IMG/VR virus record: IMGVR_UViG_3300028392_000036
Location: 1-64,000 of that record
Strand: one strand, 5' to 3'
DNA from: a virus
DNA length: 64,000 nt
The position numbers and the translations under genes were made by a program. The stretch's first letter is position 1; every line of letters starts with the position of its first letter. The notes below the pieces were generated by a model. That model made no database searches, was not told the DNA's origin, and saw only the letters and a program-made list of their open reading frames with translations. This document shows positions 1 through 9,636 of this stretch, one piece after another.

Positions 1-2034
1 CCAGTTGATAGTGAAAAAACACACCCATACTATTCAAACCCAAAACACCTTGATAATTACGGTAATTTACAAATCAAACCAGGTCAAGGCAAAGGCGTTG
101 CTGGCGGTCCAAACATGGCCGAAGCCGGCATGGGCGACGTAGTGAAAAAAGTTGGCAGTGCAGTTAAGAAAGCAGGCAGTGCTGTGTTGAACCGCCTGGG
201 CCATGGTGACGATCAAGCCATGCGTAAAGACCTACAACGTAAAATGGGCCTGCCACAGACTGGTGAAAAGCCACAACAAGTTAAAGAAAAAATGTCACCT
301 GCCAAGGCAAAAAGTTTTGCGGCATTGGCACCACCCACAGATAAAATCACTTTTGCCGACAAGATTGCCGGCGCCAAAAAGGAAGTTGACGAAATGTTGG
401 GAGATGTGGCGGCTGAAGCTATCAAAGGCGTACTCAGCCCCAAGCAAAAGAAATTAGATAAAAATCACAACGGCAAACTAGATGCCAACGACTTTGCTAT
501 GTTGCGTCGAGGTGGCAAGAAAGAAGTTGCTGACGAAGGCTGGGACGAAATGGAAAAAGATGTCAAGAGTCGAGCTGACTCTCCGAGAGTTGGTTCAATC
601 ACTCACGGTCACAAACACGATATTGAGCACACTGCTACAGGTCGTAAAGTAACACGTCGCGTTGATGCACAAGGCAATTCAGTTGGTTCTGACACTGATG
701 CAGAAGGTAACACAATTGAAAAACGTGGTCGTGGACGTCCAAAAGGTCCAGAAAAAGCTCCTGAGCGTGTGACCGGCAAAGCCACCAAACACAAAGGCGG
801 TCGCAAGATGGCTGACGAAGATTTTGATCCAGCTGATCGTGGTGAATACGATCAAGAAGGCGAAATGGCCAAAGACACTATCAAGACCGTTGTGCGTCAT
901 GCACAGGCCTTGGAAAAGATCCTGGGCGACAACAACAACTTGCCAGAATGGGTACAATCCAAGTTGGCCAAGATTGAAAGCATGATGACTGCGGTAGATG
1001 ACTACATGCAGAATCAAGACAGCGATCAAGATGACGAAATGTCTGTGGGCGAAGAAAAAACTTCTACTCGTGACAACCGTGCTGAACGAGCCGGCAAGAA
1101 AGTCACCAAAGACATTGAGTATGATGAGAAAAAGAAAGATCACATTCATGGCAAGAAGCGTGGCTCTGAAGATGCCCGGGCTGAGAAAGCCGGCAAAAAA
1201 GTAGCCAAAGATATTGAATACGATGAAAAGAAAAAGAAAGTCAAAGAGCAAGGCGGAACAGACACTCCCACAGCATCAAGTGGCTTTAGTTATGGTCAAG
1301 GCATTTATGATTCAATGAATCATGAACTAGAAACCATGATTCGAGAAAGTATGAATGTTAGCATGAGTATGAACACTGATGCCAATGGTGGACCGAGCAA
1401 AAGCATAACTGTTACTGCCACAGATGATGACGCATTAAAATTAGGTGAGTTGTTGAAAAACGCCGGCCTAGGTGGACACAATCTCCCAAATGTCGAAGGT
1501 GGTGCTGATCTAGATCATCCTGGTGCAATTGAAGTAAATGGCACAATGGATGCCGAAGGTGCGGAAGCACTTGCCGATCAAATTCGCCAGGCCATGGGAG
1601 ACCACGGTCACGAACACGACGGCGGCGAAGTATGTCCAGATTGCGGCCAAGAAGAATGCGGTTGCGACGAAGTGGACGAAGCATATGGTGACAACGCTGT
1701 GAGCCAAAACGAACCTGCATATCCTACCAACACCGAAACATCACATGATGCATTCCAATATTCAGGTGGTTTGAACAAGCCCAAGTCAAGTGGCATGGCA
1801 ACTATTCCTGTTACTGACGTTCAACTCGATGGTGAAGACAAGTTTGCCAGCATTGCACGTTTGCGTGAGATGGCCGGTATTAAAGAAGCCAAGAAACCTG
1901 ACTTCCTGGACGTTGACAAAGATGGCGACAAAGCAGAGCCATTTAAGAAAGCAGTTGACGACAAAAAAGCAGCCGGCGACAAAAAAGTTGCCGAAGGTTT
2001 GATGGCAGAACTAGCACGTTTTAAGAAAGCATAA
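1..2034 (+). CDS. Large charged modular virion/internal head protein (5'-truncated at window edge)
   Basis: Frame is open from position 1 (38 codons upstream of ATG 115). K/D/E-rich, with EF-hand-like DKNHNGKLDAND and DVDKDGDKAE, AT-hook KRGRGRPKG, duplicated RAE.AGKKV.KDIEYDEKKK, CPDC..ECGC and many hydrophobic-X-E sites. Confidence 0.6.
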   Translation, partial: PVDSEKTHPYYSNPKHLDNYGNLQIKPGQGKGVAGGPNMAEAGMGDVVKKVGSAVKKAGSAVLNRLGHGDDQAMRKDLQRKMGLPQTGEKPQQVKEKMSPAKAKSFAALAPPTDKITFADKIAGAKKEVDEMLGDVAAEAIKGVLSPKQKKLDKNHNGKLDANDFAMLRRGGKKEVADEGWDEMEKDVKSRADSPRVGSITHGHKHDIEHTATGRKVTRRVDAQGNSVGSDTDAEGNTIEKRGRGRPKGPEKAPERVTGKATKHKGGRKMADEDFDPADRGEYDQEGEMAKDTIKTVVRHAQALEKILGDNNNLPEWVQSKLAKIESMMTAVDDYMQNQDSDQDDEMSVGEEKTSTRDNRAERAGKKVTKDIEYDEKKKDHIHGKKRGSEDARAEKAGKKVAKDIEYDEKKKKVKEQGGTDTPTASSGFSYGQGIYDSMNHELETMIRESMNVSMSMNTDANGGPSKSITVTATDDDALKLGELLKNAGLGGHNLPNVEGGADLDHPGAIEVNGTMDAEGAEALADQIRQAMGDHGHEHDGGEVCPDCGQEECGCDEVDEAYGDNAVSQNEPAYPTNTETSHDAFQYSGGLNKPKSSGMATIPVTDVQLDGEDKFASIARLREMAGIKEAKKPDFLDVDKDGDKAEPFKKAVDDKKAAGDKKVAEGLMAELARFKKA
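1078..1236 (+). repeat. Intragenic duplication encoding RAE(R/K)AGKKV(T/A)KDIEYDEKKK x2
   Basis: Two near-identical 20-codon copies at about 1078-1137 and 1177-1236. Confidence 0.85.
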
Positions 2035-2035
2035 T

Positions 2036-2209
2036 ATGACAACTAACCAACCTTTTACCGCAGGCTTAACAACACCTCCAGTGATGAACCCACACAGTCC
2101 AGCCACTGGCGGCTATAAACAACAACCTGTGTATATTCCAGGTGTGTTGGACCAATCACGCAACCTGTTTCAACCGGTTGTTGCTATTCCACCTGAGGAT
2201 AAAAAATAA
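2036..2209 (+). CDS. Small Pro-rich hypothetical protein (57 aa)
   Basis: ATG 2036 follows the upstream stop. MTTNQPFTAG...PPEDKK; TAA overlaps next ATG (TAATG). Below the ORF-track cutoff. Confidence 0.65.
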   Translation: MTTNQPFTAGLTTPPVMNPHSPATGGYKQQPVYIPGVLDQSRNLFQPVVAIPPEDKK

Positions 2210-2538
2210 TGGCTGCTGTTCAAGTAATCAAGGACGCACCAGGCAATATTTTGTGGACCACAGACAAGGCTGAAATCAATGCTGAAGGTGCCAATGTTAC
2301 CTATCAAGTTAGTTTGACACAAACAACTTGGATTCAGGCCAATGGCGTGCCAGCCAATACTGCCATGCCCACAGGTAATCTATACGCCAATGCAGTATCT
2401 GTGCCCAACGGGACAACACATCAACTTTATGTTGGAGCAGGTAATTATTTGATTATAACAGGCAATAATTTCACAGCCGTGGCACTAGGCACACAATCAT
2501 CTGCCACTTTTGGTGTGTACGGATCAACCTCGAGTTAA
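2209..2538 (+). CDS. Hypothetical beta-rich virion protein
   Basis: 109 aa, T/A/G/N-rich, GAGGA RBS upstream. Confidence 0.6.
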   Translation: MAAVQVIKDAPGNILWTTDKAEINAEGANVTYQVSLTQTTWIQANGVPANTAMPTGNLYANAVSVPNGTTHQLYVGAGNYLIITGNNFTAVALGTQSSATFGVYGSTSS

Positions 2539-2540
2539 CA

Positions 2541-2921
2541 ATGCGAGCACGTGAATTCGTAGCCGAAGATCGCAAAGGCGAAATACCCGGTGGGCATGAC
2601 AATTCCATGCCTGGTGCATTTCGTGTGCGTGACAACGGCGGCTACGACAGAACCAATCACATGAATCGCATGATGATGGCCATGGCCATGCATGATGGCA
2701 AAGATGCTAAACCTATTCCTAGAGATAAAATGGATCCTGCATCCTGGGTTGAAAAATACAACACAGCACACCCTTACACTGATGAAGAAAGCAACATGAT
2801 TCAAGGCGCCATGAAAACCATTGGATCTGACACACATCATGTGATCAGCGATCATCGCAGTCTAGAACATCCAGAGATACACAAAGTCAGTCCAGTGAGC
2901 GCATTCAAAGGATATAGATAA
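2541..2921 (+). CDS. MRAREF-family paralog 1 (putative internal head protein)
   Basis: N-term MRAREFVAE, C-term SPVSAFKGY; paralogous to the next two ORFs. Confidence 0.6.
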   Translation: MRAREFVAEDRKGEIPGGHDNSMPGAFRVRDNGGYDRTNHMNRMMMAMAMHDGKDAKPIPRDKMDPASWVEKYNTAHPYTDEESNMIQGAMKTIGSDTHHVISDHRSLEHPEIHKVSPVSAFKGYR

Positions 2922-3298
2922 TGCGAGCCCGTGAGTTTGTTACAGAGACCAGGGCAACTCTCACTCCAGACGAAGCCGGACCAATGCGTCAGACTTATAT
3001 TCTTCCTGGCATTAGAAACAATGATGCTTACCACACCTATAGACTCAGCATGGCCATGGCACGTGCTCGAGCAGATGTGGGTGGTGTAACAGATGATTTT
3101 CCTCCATTCCCTGAACAAAGTGCATTTGGACAAAATGCTGTGGTGTCGGGATTTGACGATACAGTGATTCCTGTGTTGGATCAAGCACTAAAGTTGACCG
3201 GCACACCAGGCGGCAAAGTCATGGTCAGCACACCAAAGAGTGAAGAGCCACCGGGCATTGACACACAGAGCCCTATAAAGGCATTTGGGGGATACTGA
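2921..3298 (+). CDS. MRAREF-family paralog 2
   Basis: MRAREFVTE ... SPIKAFGGY; translationally coupled (TAATG). Confidence 0.6.
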   Translation: MRAREFVTETRATLTPDEAGPMRQTYILPGIRNNDAYHTYRLSMAMARARADVGGVTDDFPPFPEQSAFGQNAVVSGFDDTVIPVLDQALKLTGTPGGKVMVSTPKSEEPPGIDTQSPIKAFGGY

Positions 3299-3684
3299 TG
3301 CGAGCAAGAGAATTTATTCCTGAAGGACGCACAGGCAGTTTCACAGCGGATGTGGGCCTAGCCCTGCCTGGTGCTTTTAAAATTCCTGCATTAAAAAATC
3401 AAGATCCATATTTGCAGTATCGTTTTGGCGTGGCCATTGCCGGTGCCAAAGGTGCTAAGGCACGTGCTCAAGATGGTGTGCCACCATTCGATGGCCGTGA
3501 ATCAGTATTTGGTGAAAACGAAATTGTAGTGAGTTATGATCCCGAAGCAGAAGTCTGGATCAAGGATGCACTCAAGAGCATGGGCATGCCACCAAGCGAT
3601 GCTGTGCGCATTGGCACACAAGCGTCGGAAGAGGCTCCAGACGTGGTCAAGGCCAGTCCAGTACAGCCGTTCAAAGGTTACTAA
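3298..3684 (+). CDS. MRAREF-family paralog 3
   Basis: MRAREFIPE ... SPVQPFKGY; coupled (TGATG). Confidence 0.6.
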   Translation: MRAREFIPEGRTGSFTADVGLALPGAFKIPALKNQDPYLQYRFGVAIAGAKGAKARAQDGVPPFDGRESVFGENEIVVSYDPEAEVWIKDALKSMGMPPSDAVRIGTQASEEAPDVVKASPVQPFKGY

Positions 3685-3721
3685 TCTTGGCTAAATACTA
3701 GCCTATTTTAGAGGTATCTTT

Positions 3722-4543
3722 ATGAACAAAATTCTCGCTCTCGTAGTGTTGGCTATGAGTCTTTCGGCTCAGGCCTGGACACAACGTGCTCCAAATCCCC
3801 CTGCACAATGCCAAGTGCATCAGCCCTATGGCTTTGCACAAACAGCCCGCCAACTGCAACCCATCTGTCGCCAAGCATACCTGGTGGCCTATGATGCGGT
3901 TGCCCGGTTGCCCAACTATGTGGCCTACACACTGACACCACCCAACGCACTAGGTTGTGTTGCCCGTACCAATGCATTTGCCGCTGACCAGTCGGTACCA
4001 GGTGGTGCCACCCCTGATGACTATGCTGGCACCGGCTACGACAAAGGACACATGAGTCCCGATGGCGACTTGAGTTGGGATCCACAAGTGGAATATGAAT
4101 CATTCCTGATGACCAACATGAGCCCACAAGCAGGTTCACTCAATCGTGGTATCTGGAAACTGTTGGAAACATCAGTGCGCGGCTGGGCAGTACAACTCAA
4201 TCAGTCATACACCATCATTGCTGGCGGCGTGTATGATGCTACAGACAAGAAAATTGGTAAGGGTGTAGTTGTGCCACATGGCTTCTACAAGATTGTAATC
4301 AACAATCAGACCAAAGAAATCGCTGGTTGGGCATTCCCCCACACAGCACCATATCCCAATCTGGGCAATGACTTGACCAAGTTCCGTTTGCCAATAGCAC
4401 AAATTGAAACCACAGCCGGTGTCAAGTATGCTTTCCCAGCAGGTGCTGTTGAACTACAACCAGGCAAAGAGTGGCCTGTGGATTTTGGCAAGTTGACTCA
4501 GGCCAAACGTGCCAAGTGTGGTGCCAATGCCTCAGCCGACTGA
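3722..4543 (+). CDS. Secreted DNA/RNA non-specific endonuclease (NucA/EndoG family)
   Basis: Signal peptide MNKILALVVLAMSLSAQA; GYDKGHM (DRGH-type), NMSPQ..LNRGIWKLLE and VPHGFYKIV motifs. Confidence 0.9.
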   Translation: MNKILALVVLAMSLSAQAWTQRAPNPPAQCQVHQPYGFAQTARQLQPICRQAYLVAYDAVARLPNYVAYTLTPPNALGCVARTNAFAADQSVPGGATPDDYAGTGYDKGHMSPDGDLSWDPQVEYESFLMTNMSPQAGSLNRGIWKLLETSVRGWAVQLNQSYTIIAGGVYDATDKKIGKGVVVPHGFYKIVINNQTKEIAGWAFPHTAPYPNLGNDLTKFRLPIAQIETTAGVKYAFPAGAVELQPGKEWPVDFGKLTQAKRAKCGANASAD

Positions 4544-4616
4544 TCCCAATCAATATCCTGTATACCCCGAGGACGATGGCTACGATCGACATCGTAATCC
4601 CTATAGTCCGGTGTAA
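4527..4616 (+). CDS. Putative 29-aa peptide MPQPTDPNQYPVYPEDDGYDRHRNPYSPV
   Basis: ATG overlaps the nuclease 3' end and the ORF fills the gap before the radical SAM gene. Confidence 0.45.
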   Translation: MPQPTDPNQYPVYPEDDGYDRHRNPYSPV

Positions 4617-4651
4617 ATATAGCATGTTAAAATTGAGCATGTAAATACTGC

Positions 4652-5791
4652 ATGTCCAATTTCTTTTGTGCCGCACCCTGGCGCGGCCTACACATCAATC
4701 CACAAGGCAATGTTAAAACATGTTGTGCTGGCAACCCTAATATGCTGGGCAATCTCAACACAAACACAATAGAGGAAATCTTAAACAACGATCTCATGAC
4801 CGAGATACGTGCTAGTTTGGCACAAGGTCGACCACACAAGTATTGTAGCAATTGTGTGCAAGCTGAACGTTTTGGTGCAGATTCTGAACGTGCCTGGCAC
4901 AACAATGTAAACCCCAACTTTGATTATGCTGCCGCAGGTGATCAATATCATTATCCTGTAATTGTAGATGTGAGATGGAATACAACTTGTAATCTAAGTT
5001 GTAACTACTGTGGGCCCAGCTGTTCAAGCAAGTGGGCCAGCCTCGAAGGCGTGCCATTCCGGTCAGGCACAAGACCTTATTACGAACAAGTGTGCGACTT
5101 TATTGAACAACATTACGAGCACGTATACGAAGTAGCACTAGTTGGAGGCGAACCGTTGCTGTTGCCCGAGAATGAACGTTTGTTGGATGTTATACCAGAA
5201 ACTGCTATTGTGACACTAATCACAAACATGAGTGTGGATCTAGAAAAGAACCGAATATTTCAAAAACTTACCAAACGAAAAAAAGTAGGTTGGTCGATGA
5301 GTTTTGACAACATTGGTGATAGACTAGAATATGTACGACACGGTGCAGACTGGAATTTATTACAGCAAAACTTACAAACGGTCAAAGAACTCATGCGCAA
5401 TAACGGGCACTGGGGAGGAATACACGCGGTGTACAACATTTATAGCGCCACACGTCTTTGTGAGTTTAGACAGTTTGCTGAAGATACTGGGACCACAGTG
5501 CTGTGGCAGAACTTGTTTCAGCCCGACTATCTTGACCCGTTCCTGCATGGCCCTAGAGTAGCTAAATTGGCCAGCGAAGAGATCAATCGATTCTATGCTA
5601 TGGGTATTGCCACACCTGCCGAACGTCAATTCTTTGATCAGGCATTGGAAAAATATAGTCAATCGAGTCTAGCAACGTTTAGTCCTAGACTACGTCAAAG
5701 ATTTCGTGAACACATCCAAAACAACGAAAAATTATATCATCCAGACAAGGCAGGTGAGTTTGCAAGGTTATGGCCGGAGTTGAACATATGA
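4652..5791 (+). CDS. Radical SAM protein with N-terminal SPASM/twitch-like Cys cluster
   Basis: CAAPW..KTCC..CSNC N-terminal domain; CNLSCNYC (CX3CX2C); GGEP. Confidence 0.9.
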   Translation: MSNFFCAAPWRGLHINPQGNVKTCCAGNPNMLGNLNTNTIEEILNNDLMTEIRASLAQGRPHKYCSNCVQAERFGADSERAWHNNVNPNFDYAAAGDQYHYPVIVDVRWNTTCNLSCNYCGPSCSSKWASLEGVPFRSGTRPYYEQVCDFIEQHYEHVYEVALVGGEPLLLPENERLLDVIPETAIVTLITNMSVDLEKNRIFQKLTKRKKVGWSMSFDNIGDRLEYVRHGADWNLLQQNLQTVKELMRNNGHWGGIHAVYNIYSATRLCEFRQFAEDTGTTVLWQNLFQPDYLDPFLHGPRVAKLASEEINRFYAMGIATPAERQFFDQALEKYSQSSLATFSPRLRQRFREHIQNNEKLYHPDKAGEFARLWPELNI

Positions 5792-7377
5792 TAGGCGCAA
5801 AGAATACCCTCGACACGGTACTGGTCAAAGCACCACACCGTAAAGAAACATTTACTGAACAAGAACTTGAGGACTTTGCTCGGTGTGCCGATCCGGTAAC
5901 AGGTCCAATGTACTTTATGGACAACTTCTTCTACATCCAACATCCTGTTCGCGGCAAGATGCTGTATCATCCCTACGAATATCAAAAACGACTAATCAAC
6001 AACTATCATAACAATCGTTTTTCAATCAGTCTAATGCCTCGACAAACAGGCAAGTCAACATCAGCGGCTGGATACTTGTTATGGTATGCCATGTTTGTGC
6101 CTGATGCTACCATTCTAATTGCCGCACACAAGTACCTAGGCGCACAGGAAATTATGCAACGTATTCGTTACGCTTACGAACTATGCCCTAATCATATACG
6201 TGCTGGTGCTACAAGTTACAACAAAGGATCTTTAGAGTTTGACAACGGTTCGCGTATTGTGAGTCAAACAACAACTGAAAATACCGGTCGTGGTATGAGT
6301 ATTACACTCCTGTACTTAGACGAGTTTGCGTTTGTGAGACCCACAATTGCCAAAGAGTTCTGGACTAGTATTACACCTACACTGAGTACTGGTGGTAAAG
6401 CAATTATCACTTCAACACCCAACTCAGACGAAGATCAATTTGCCTATATTTGGAAGGGTGCCAACAAGATTGAAGACGAGTTCGGCAACCCAAGACCCAA
6501 TGGTCTGGGCACAAACGGATTCAAAGCATTCCGTGCATTCTGGCGTGAGCACCCAGATCGTGATGAAAAGTGGGCTGAAGAACAACGCAGCCAATTGGGA
6601 GACGAGCGTTTTCGTCGAGAGATGGACTGTGACTTTGTTATCAATGACGAAACACTAATCGCCCCTATTAAACTACTGGAACTAGAAGGCCAAGAACCCA
6701 CACACAAAACTGGACAAGTACGTTGGTACAGGCCTGTTGATCGAGACCGGATGTATATTGTAGCCCTTGACCCTAGTCTAGGTACAGGTGGTGATCCTGC
6801 GGCCATACAAGTGTTTGAAGCAGAAACTACTGAGCAAGTGGCAGAATGGCGACACAACAAAACTGATGTGCCCACTCAAATTAAAATCCTAGCAGATATT
6901 ATCAAAGAAATACACTCAGTGGTCAAGGATGAAAAGAAGATTTATTACTCAGTGGAAAATAATACCTTAGGCGAAGCCGCATTGATTTCTATTGCAGAAT
7001 ACGGAGAAGAAAACATACCCGGCTACTTCCTTAGCGACAACTCAGTGCAGAGCTCAAACGGACGTAGAATCCGTAAAGGATTTACCACTACCAACAAGAG
7101 CAAGATTGTGGCCTGTAACAAGTTCAAGGTACTGGTTGAATCTGGGCGTATGAAGCTGTACTCCAAGCCCTTGATCACTGAGTTAAAAACATTTGTGGCA
7201 GCCGGATCCAGTTATGCGGCTAAAATTGGGGAAACAGATGATCTTGTGATGGCTGGTTTGTTGGCTACTCGTATGCTTATGTTACTACAATCCTATCACG
7301 CAGACCTAAATTCCTACCTTAAAGACCATACGGATAATATAATTGAGCCATTTCCGTTCATTGCAATGATGCGATAG
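5788..7377 (+). CDS. terL: Terminase large subunit (T4 gp17-like)
   Basis: Walker A PRQTGKS, Walker B LLYLDEFAF, ITSTPN coupling motif, nuclease ALDPSLGTGGD and DDLVM. ATG 5788 overlaps the upstream stop. Confidence 0.95.
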   Translation: MIGAKNTLDTVLVKAPHRKETFTEQELEDFARCADPVTGPMYFMDNFFYIQHPVRGKMLYHPYEYQKRLINNYHNNRFSISLMPRQTGKSTSAAGYLLWYAMFVPDATILIAAHKYLGAQEIMQRIRYAYELCPNHIRAGATSYNKGSLEFDNGSRIVSQTTTENTGRGMSITLLYLDEFAFVRPTIAKEFWTSITPTLSTGGKAIITSTPNSDEDQFAYIWKGANKIEDEFGNPRPNGLGTNGFKAFRAFWREHPDRDEKWAEEQRSQLGDERFRREMDCDFVINDETLIAPIKLLELEGQEPTHKTGQVRWYRPVDRDRMYIVALDPSLGTGGDPAAIQVFEAETTEQVAEWRHNKTDVPTQIKILADIIKEIHSVVKDEKKIYYSVENNTLGEAALISIAEYGEENIPGYFLSDNSVQSSNGRRIRKGFTTTNKSKIVACNKFKVLVESGRMKLYSKPLITELKTFVAAGSSYAAKIGETDDLVMAGLLATRMLMLLQSYHADLNSYLKDHTDNIIEPFPFIAMMR

Positions 7378-7395
7378 TGCGCTAAATATAATACC

Positions 7396-9636
7396 ATGGC
7401 AACAACGAACTCTATATCACAACAACTGCTGGATTTGCTGGCTACACGCAACTTCCATCCCGAAATGCTGAACAAGATGGGACAACCATCTAACGCAGAA
7501 GACGCCAAAACATTTACGTTTGACTATATTTCGGGTGCAGGTAAGAACTATGGTACTATGGTTATTGTACTAGACAATGACAACGAAATGAAGATCATGT
7601 ACGGGGACAACCTGGGCCGTACCATGGAAGGTGATGACAAGAGTGAGTTCTTTGATTTCTTACAACATTTGAATCAAAAAGCCACAAGCAATCGTTGGAC
7701 ACACAGCATTGCCGATATCAACCAACTCAAGCATACCATGCAAGGCATGGCAGCCATTCAAGAAGGCCTATTTGAAGGCTACTATGGTACACGTAAGGTT
7801 AGCTATGCTGGCGAACCCACTCAAGCCCGACTACAAATTGTACACAGCCAGCCCTTGGGCGAAGGTGATGCACGTTATCGCCACATTGACCGTATGTTTA
7901 TTGAAACAGCCGAAGGTGAAAAGTTCAAACTGGGCTTCAAGAGTCTAAGTGGTGCTAGAGCCATGCTGGAACATGTTCGCCAAGGCGGCAAGCCTTACGA
8001 TATTCGTGGTTGCCATATTTCGGAAACAGTAAACGAAATTGCTGTGCTGAGCCGATTCAATCGTGCCAGTGCAAATCGCATACTAGAAGGCGTCACACAA
8101 GAACTAGTAACAGAAGCACAGGCTTACTATCAAACCCTACGTGAAAATCTCAAGCACATGGCTAGCGGCCGTGGCTATGCCCGGTATTTTGAATCGTGGC
8201 ATCCGGCTACCATAAACGAACAAGAAGGTGTTGTGGACAACATCAAGACTCTGTTTATTGAACAGAGTATAGACAGCCGTATTGAAGCGGCATTACCACT
8301 GCTGGCCAAGATTCAGCAAAGAGGACATGAAATGAAAGAAGCAGAAATATTTGAAAACTGGATTAACAATCTATCAGAAGGTACTTGGACATTGCCAGAA
8401 ACTCCTGAGCAATTGGACAAACTCAAAACATTAATGACCGGCGAATTGATTGTTGGGCCTGATGCTACCAACGCAACAGAACAACTGTATGATCTAGTAG
8501 GCGATGATGAATTGTTTGATCGACTGCATGCTCTTGCCGAACAAGATCCCAGAGCCAATGCCTGGAACGATACTGAAGTCATGCAACGCTTGGCCGAACT
8601 GGGTGTTGAAATGCCTGAGCCCACAGCACCAGGCAATCCTGCTGAACCCCAAACAGGCGCAACTGCTCCTGTGGTACCACAACAAGGTGTGGCAGAAAGT
8701 GATACACCAGCACAACCAGCAGTGAAAATTATCAACGACTTTGATGAAGTAGTTGCAGAATTCGATCATGTACCAAAAGGATTTAGAGATGCACTCCGTA
8801 GTACTGAGTTTGATGCTGTTCAATGGCTTGCAGATGTAATGAAAAAAGATCCCGACTTTGATATAACCACTATCGAAAAAATAGTTTTAGCACCCAATGT
8901 GTCTGGTTACCCAGAGCAATATGTAATTGATGTTACAAAATATTTAGATGCCTTGGATGAAGGTGACAACCTGGCCACATTCGAAGACATCAACAGCCTG
9001 CGCAACTTGGCCGGATTGCCAGTAGCAGAAAGTCGCTTGATGGACAGTGCTGGTGAAACATTACAACACATTCTGGGCCGTTTCAAACACGAAGTTAAAA
9101 ACTTTGAAGCCGACGGCGATCTCAATGATGAGTTGTATCATGCCTTGTATGATTACTACAGTGACAATGGTGAAATGCCTTATGGTGTGGCCAAAGCACG
9201 TGATGGCGATCCTTACAACTGGATCAGCGACAAGTTATCAGCCGAACTAGGTGTAAACGAAAATCTTATCTCTCCCATGGCTATGCCTGTCACTACCGAA
9301 AGCGGCTCATGCAACATGACTGCTGAAGGCGAGTACTGTCCAGAACACGGCCTTGCAGAGTGCGGAATGGGCATGCCAGCAGGTATCATGGGCGAAGAAA
9401 AAGTAGATGAGATCATTGATTATGACACACTAAATCAATTAGCATCGCATCCAATGGCAGGTCCTCTTGCTGCCGCAGGCGGTGCCGCACTTGGTGCCAC
9501 AGTTGGCAAAGGAATTGAAAAACTTGGCAATATGTTTAAAGATAGAAAAGAACAAACCGCACTTGATCGTGCCGCTGGACTCAAAGAAGGCGATGCTGTG
9601 CTGGCAAGAATAAAATCATTGGCTTTGCTAAAATAA
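7396..9636 (+). CDS. Large acidic modular virion/head protein
   Basis: 746 aa after terminase; late-type TAAATA upstream; repeated X-X-E-(G/S) sites, QQGVAESD linker, Cys motif CNMT..YCPEHGLAEC. Confidence 0.55.
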   Translation: MATTNSISQQLLDLLATRNFHPEMLNKMGQPSNAEDAKTFTFDYISGAGKNYGTMVIVLDNDNEMKIMYGDNLGRTMEGDDKSEFFDFLQHLNQKATSNRWTHSIADINQLKHTMQGMAAIQEGLFEGYYGTRKVSYAGEPTQARLQIVHSQPLGEGDARYRHIDRMFIETAEGEKFKLGFKSLSGARAMLEHVRQGGKPYDIRGCHISETVNEIAVLSRFNRASANRILEGVTQELVTEAQAYYQTLRENLKHMASGRGYARYFESWHPATINEQEGVVDNIKTLFIEQSIDSRIEAALPLLAKIQQRGHEMKEAEIFENWINNLSEGTWTLPETPEQLDKLKTLMTGELIVGPDATNATEQLYDLVGDDELFDRLHALAEQDPRANAWNDTEVMQRLAELGVEMPEPTAPGNPAEPQTGATAPVVPQQGVAESDTPAQPAVKIINDFDEVVAEFDHVPKGFRDALRSTEFDAVQWLADVMKKDPDFDITTIEKIVLAPNVSGYPEQYVIDVTKYLDALDEGDNLATFEDINSLRNLAGLPVAESRLMDSAGETLQHILGRFKHEVKNFEADGDLNDELYHALYDYYSDNGEMPYGVAKARDGDPYNWISDKLSAELGVNENLISPMAMPVTTESGSCNMTAEGEYCPEHGLAECGMGMPAGIMGEEKVDEIIDYDTLNQLASHPMAGPLAAAGGAALGATVGKGIEKLGNMFKDRKEQTALDRAAGLKEGDAVLARIKSLALLK

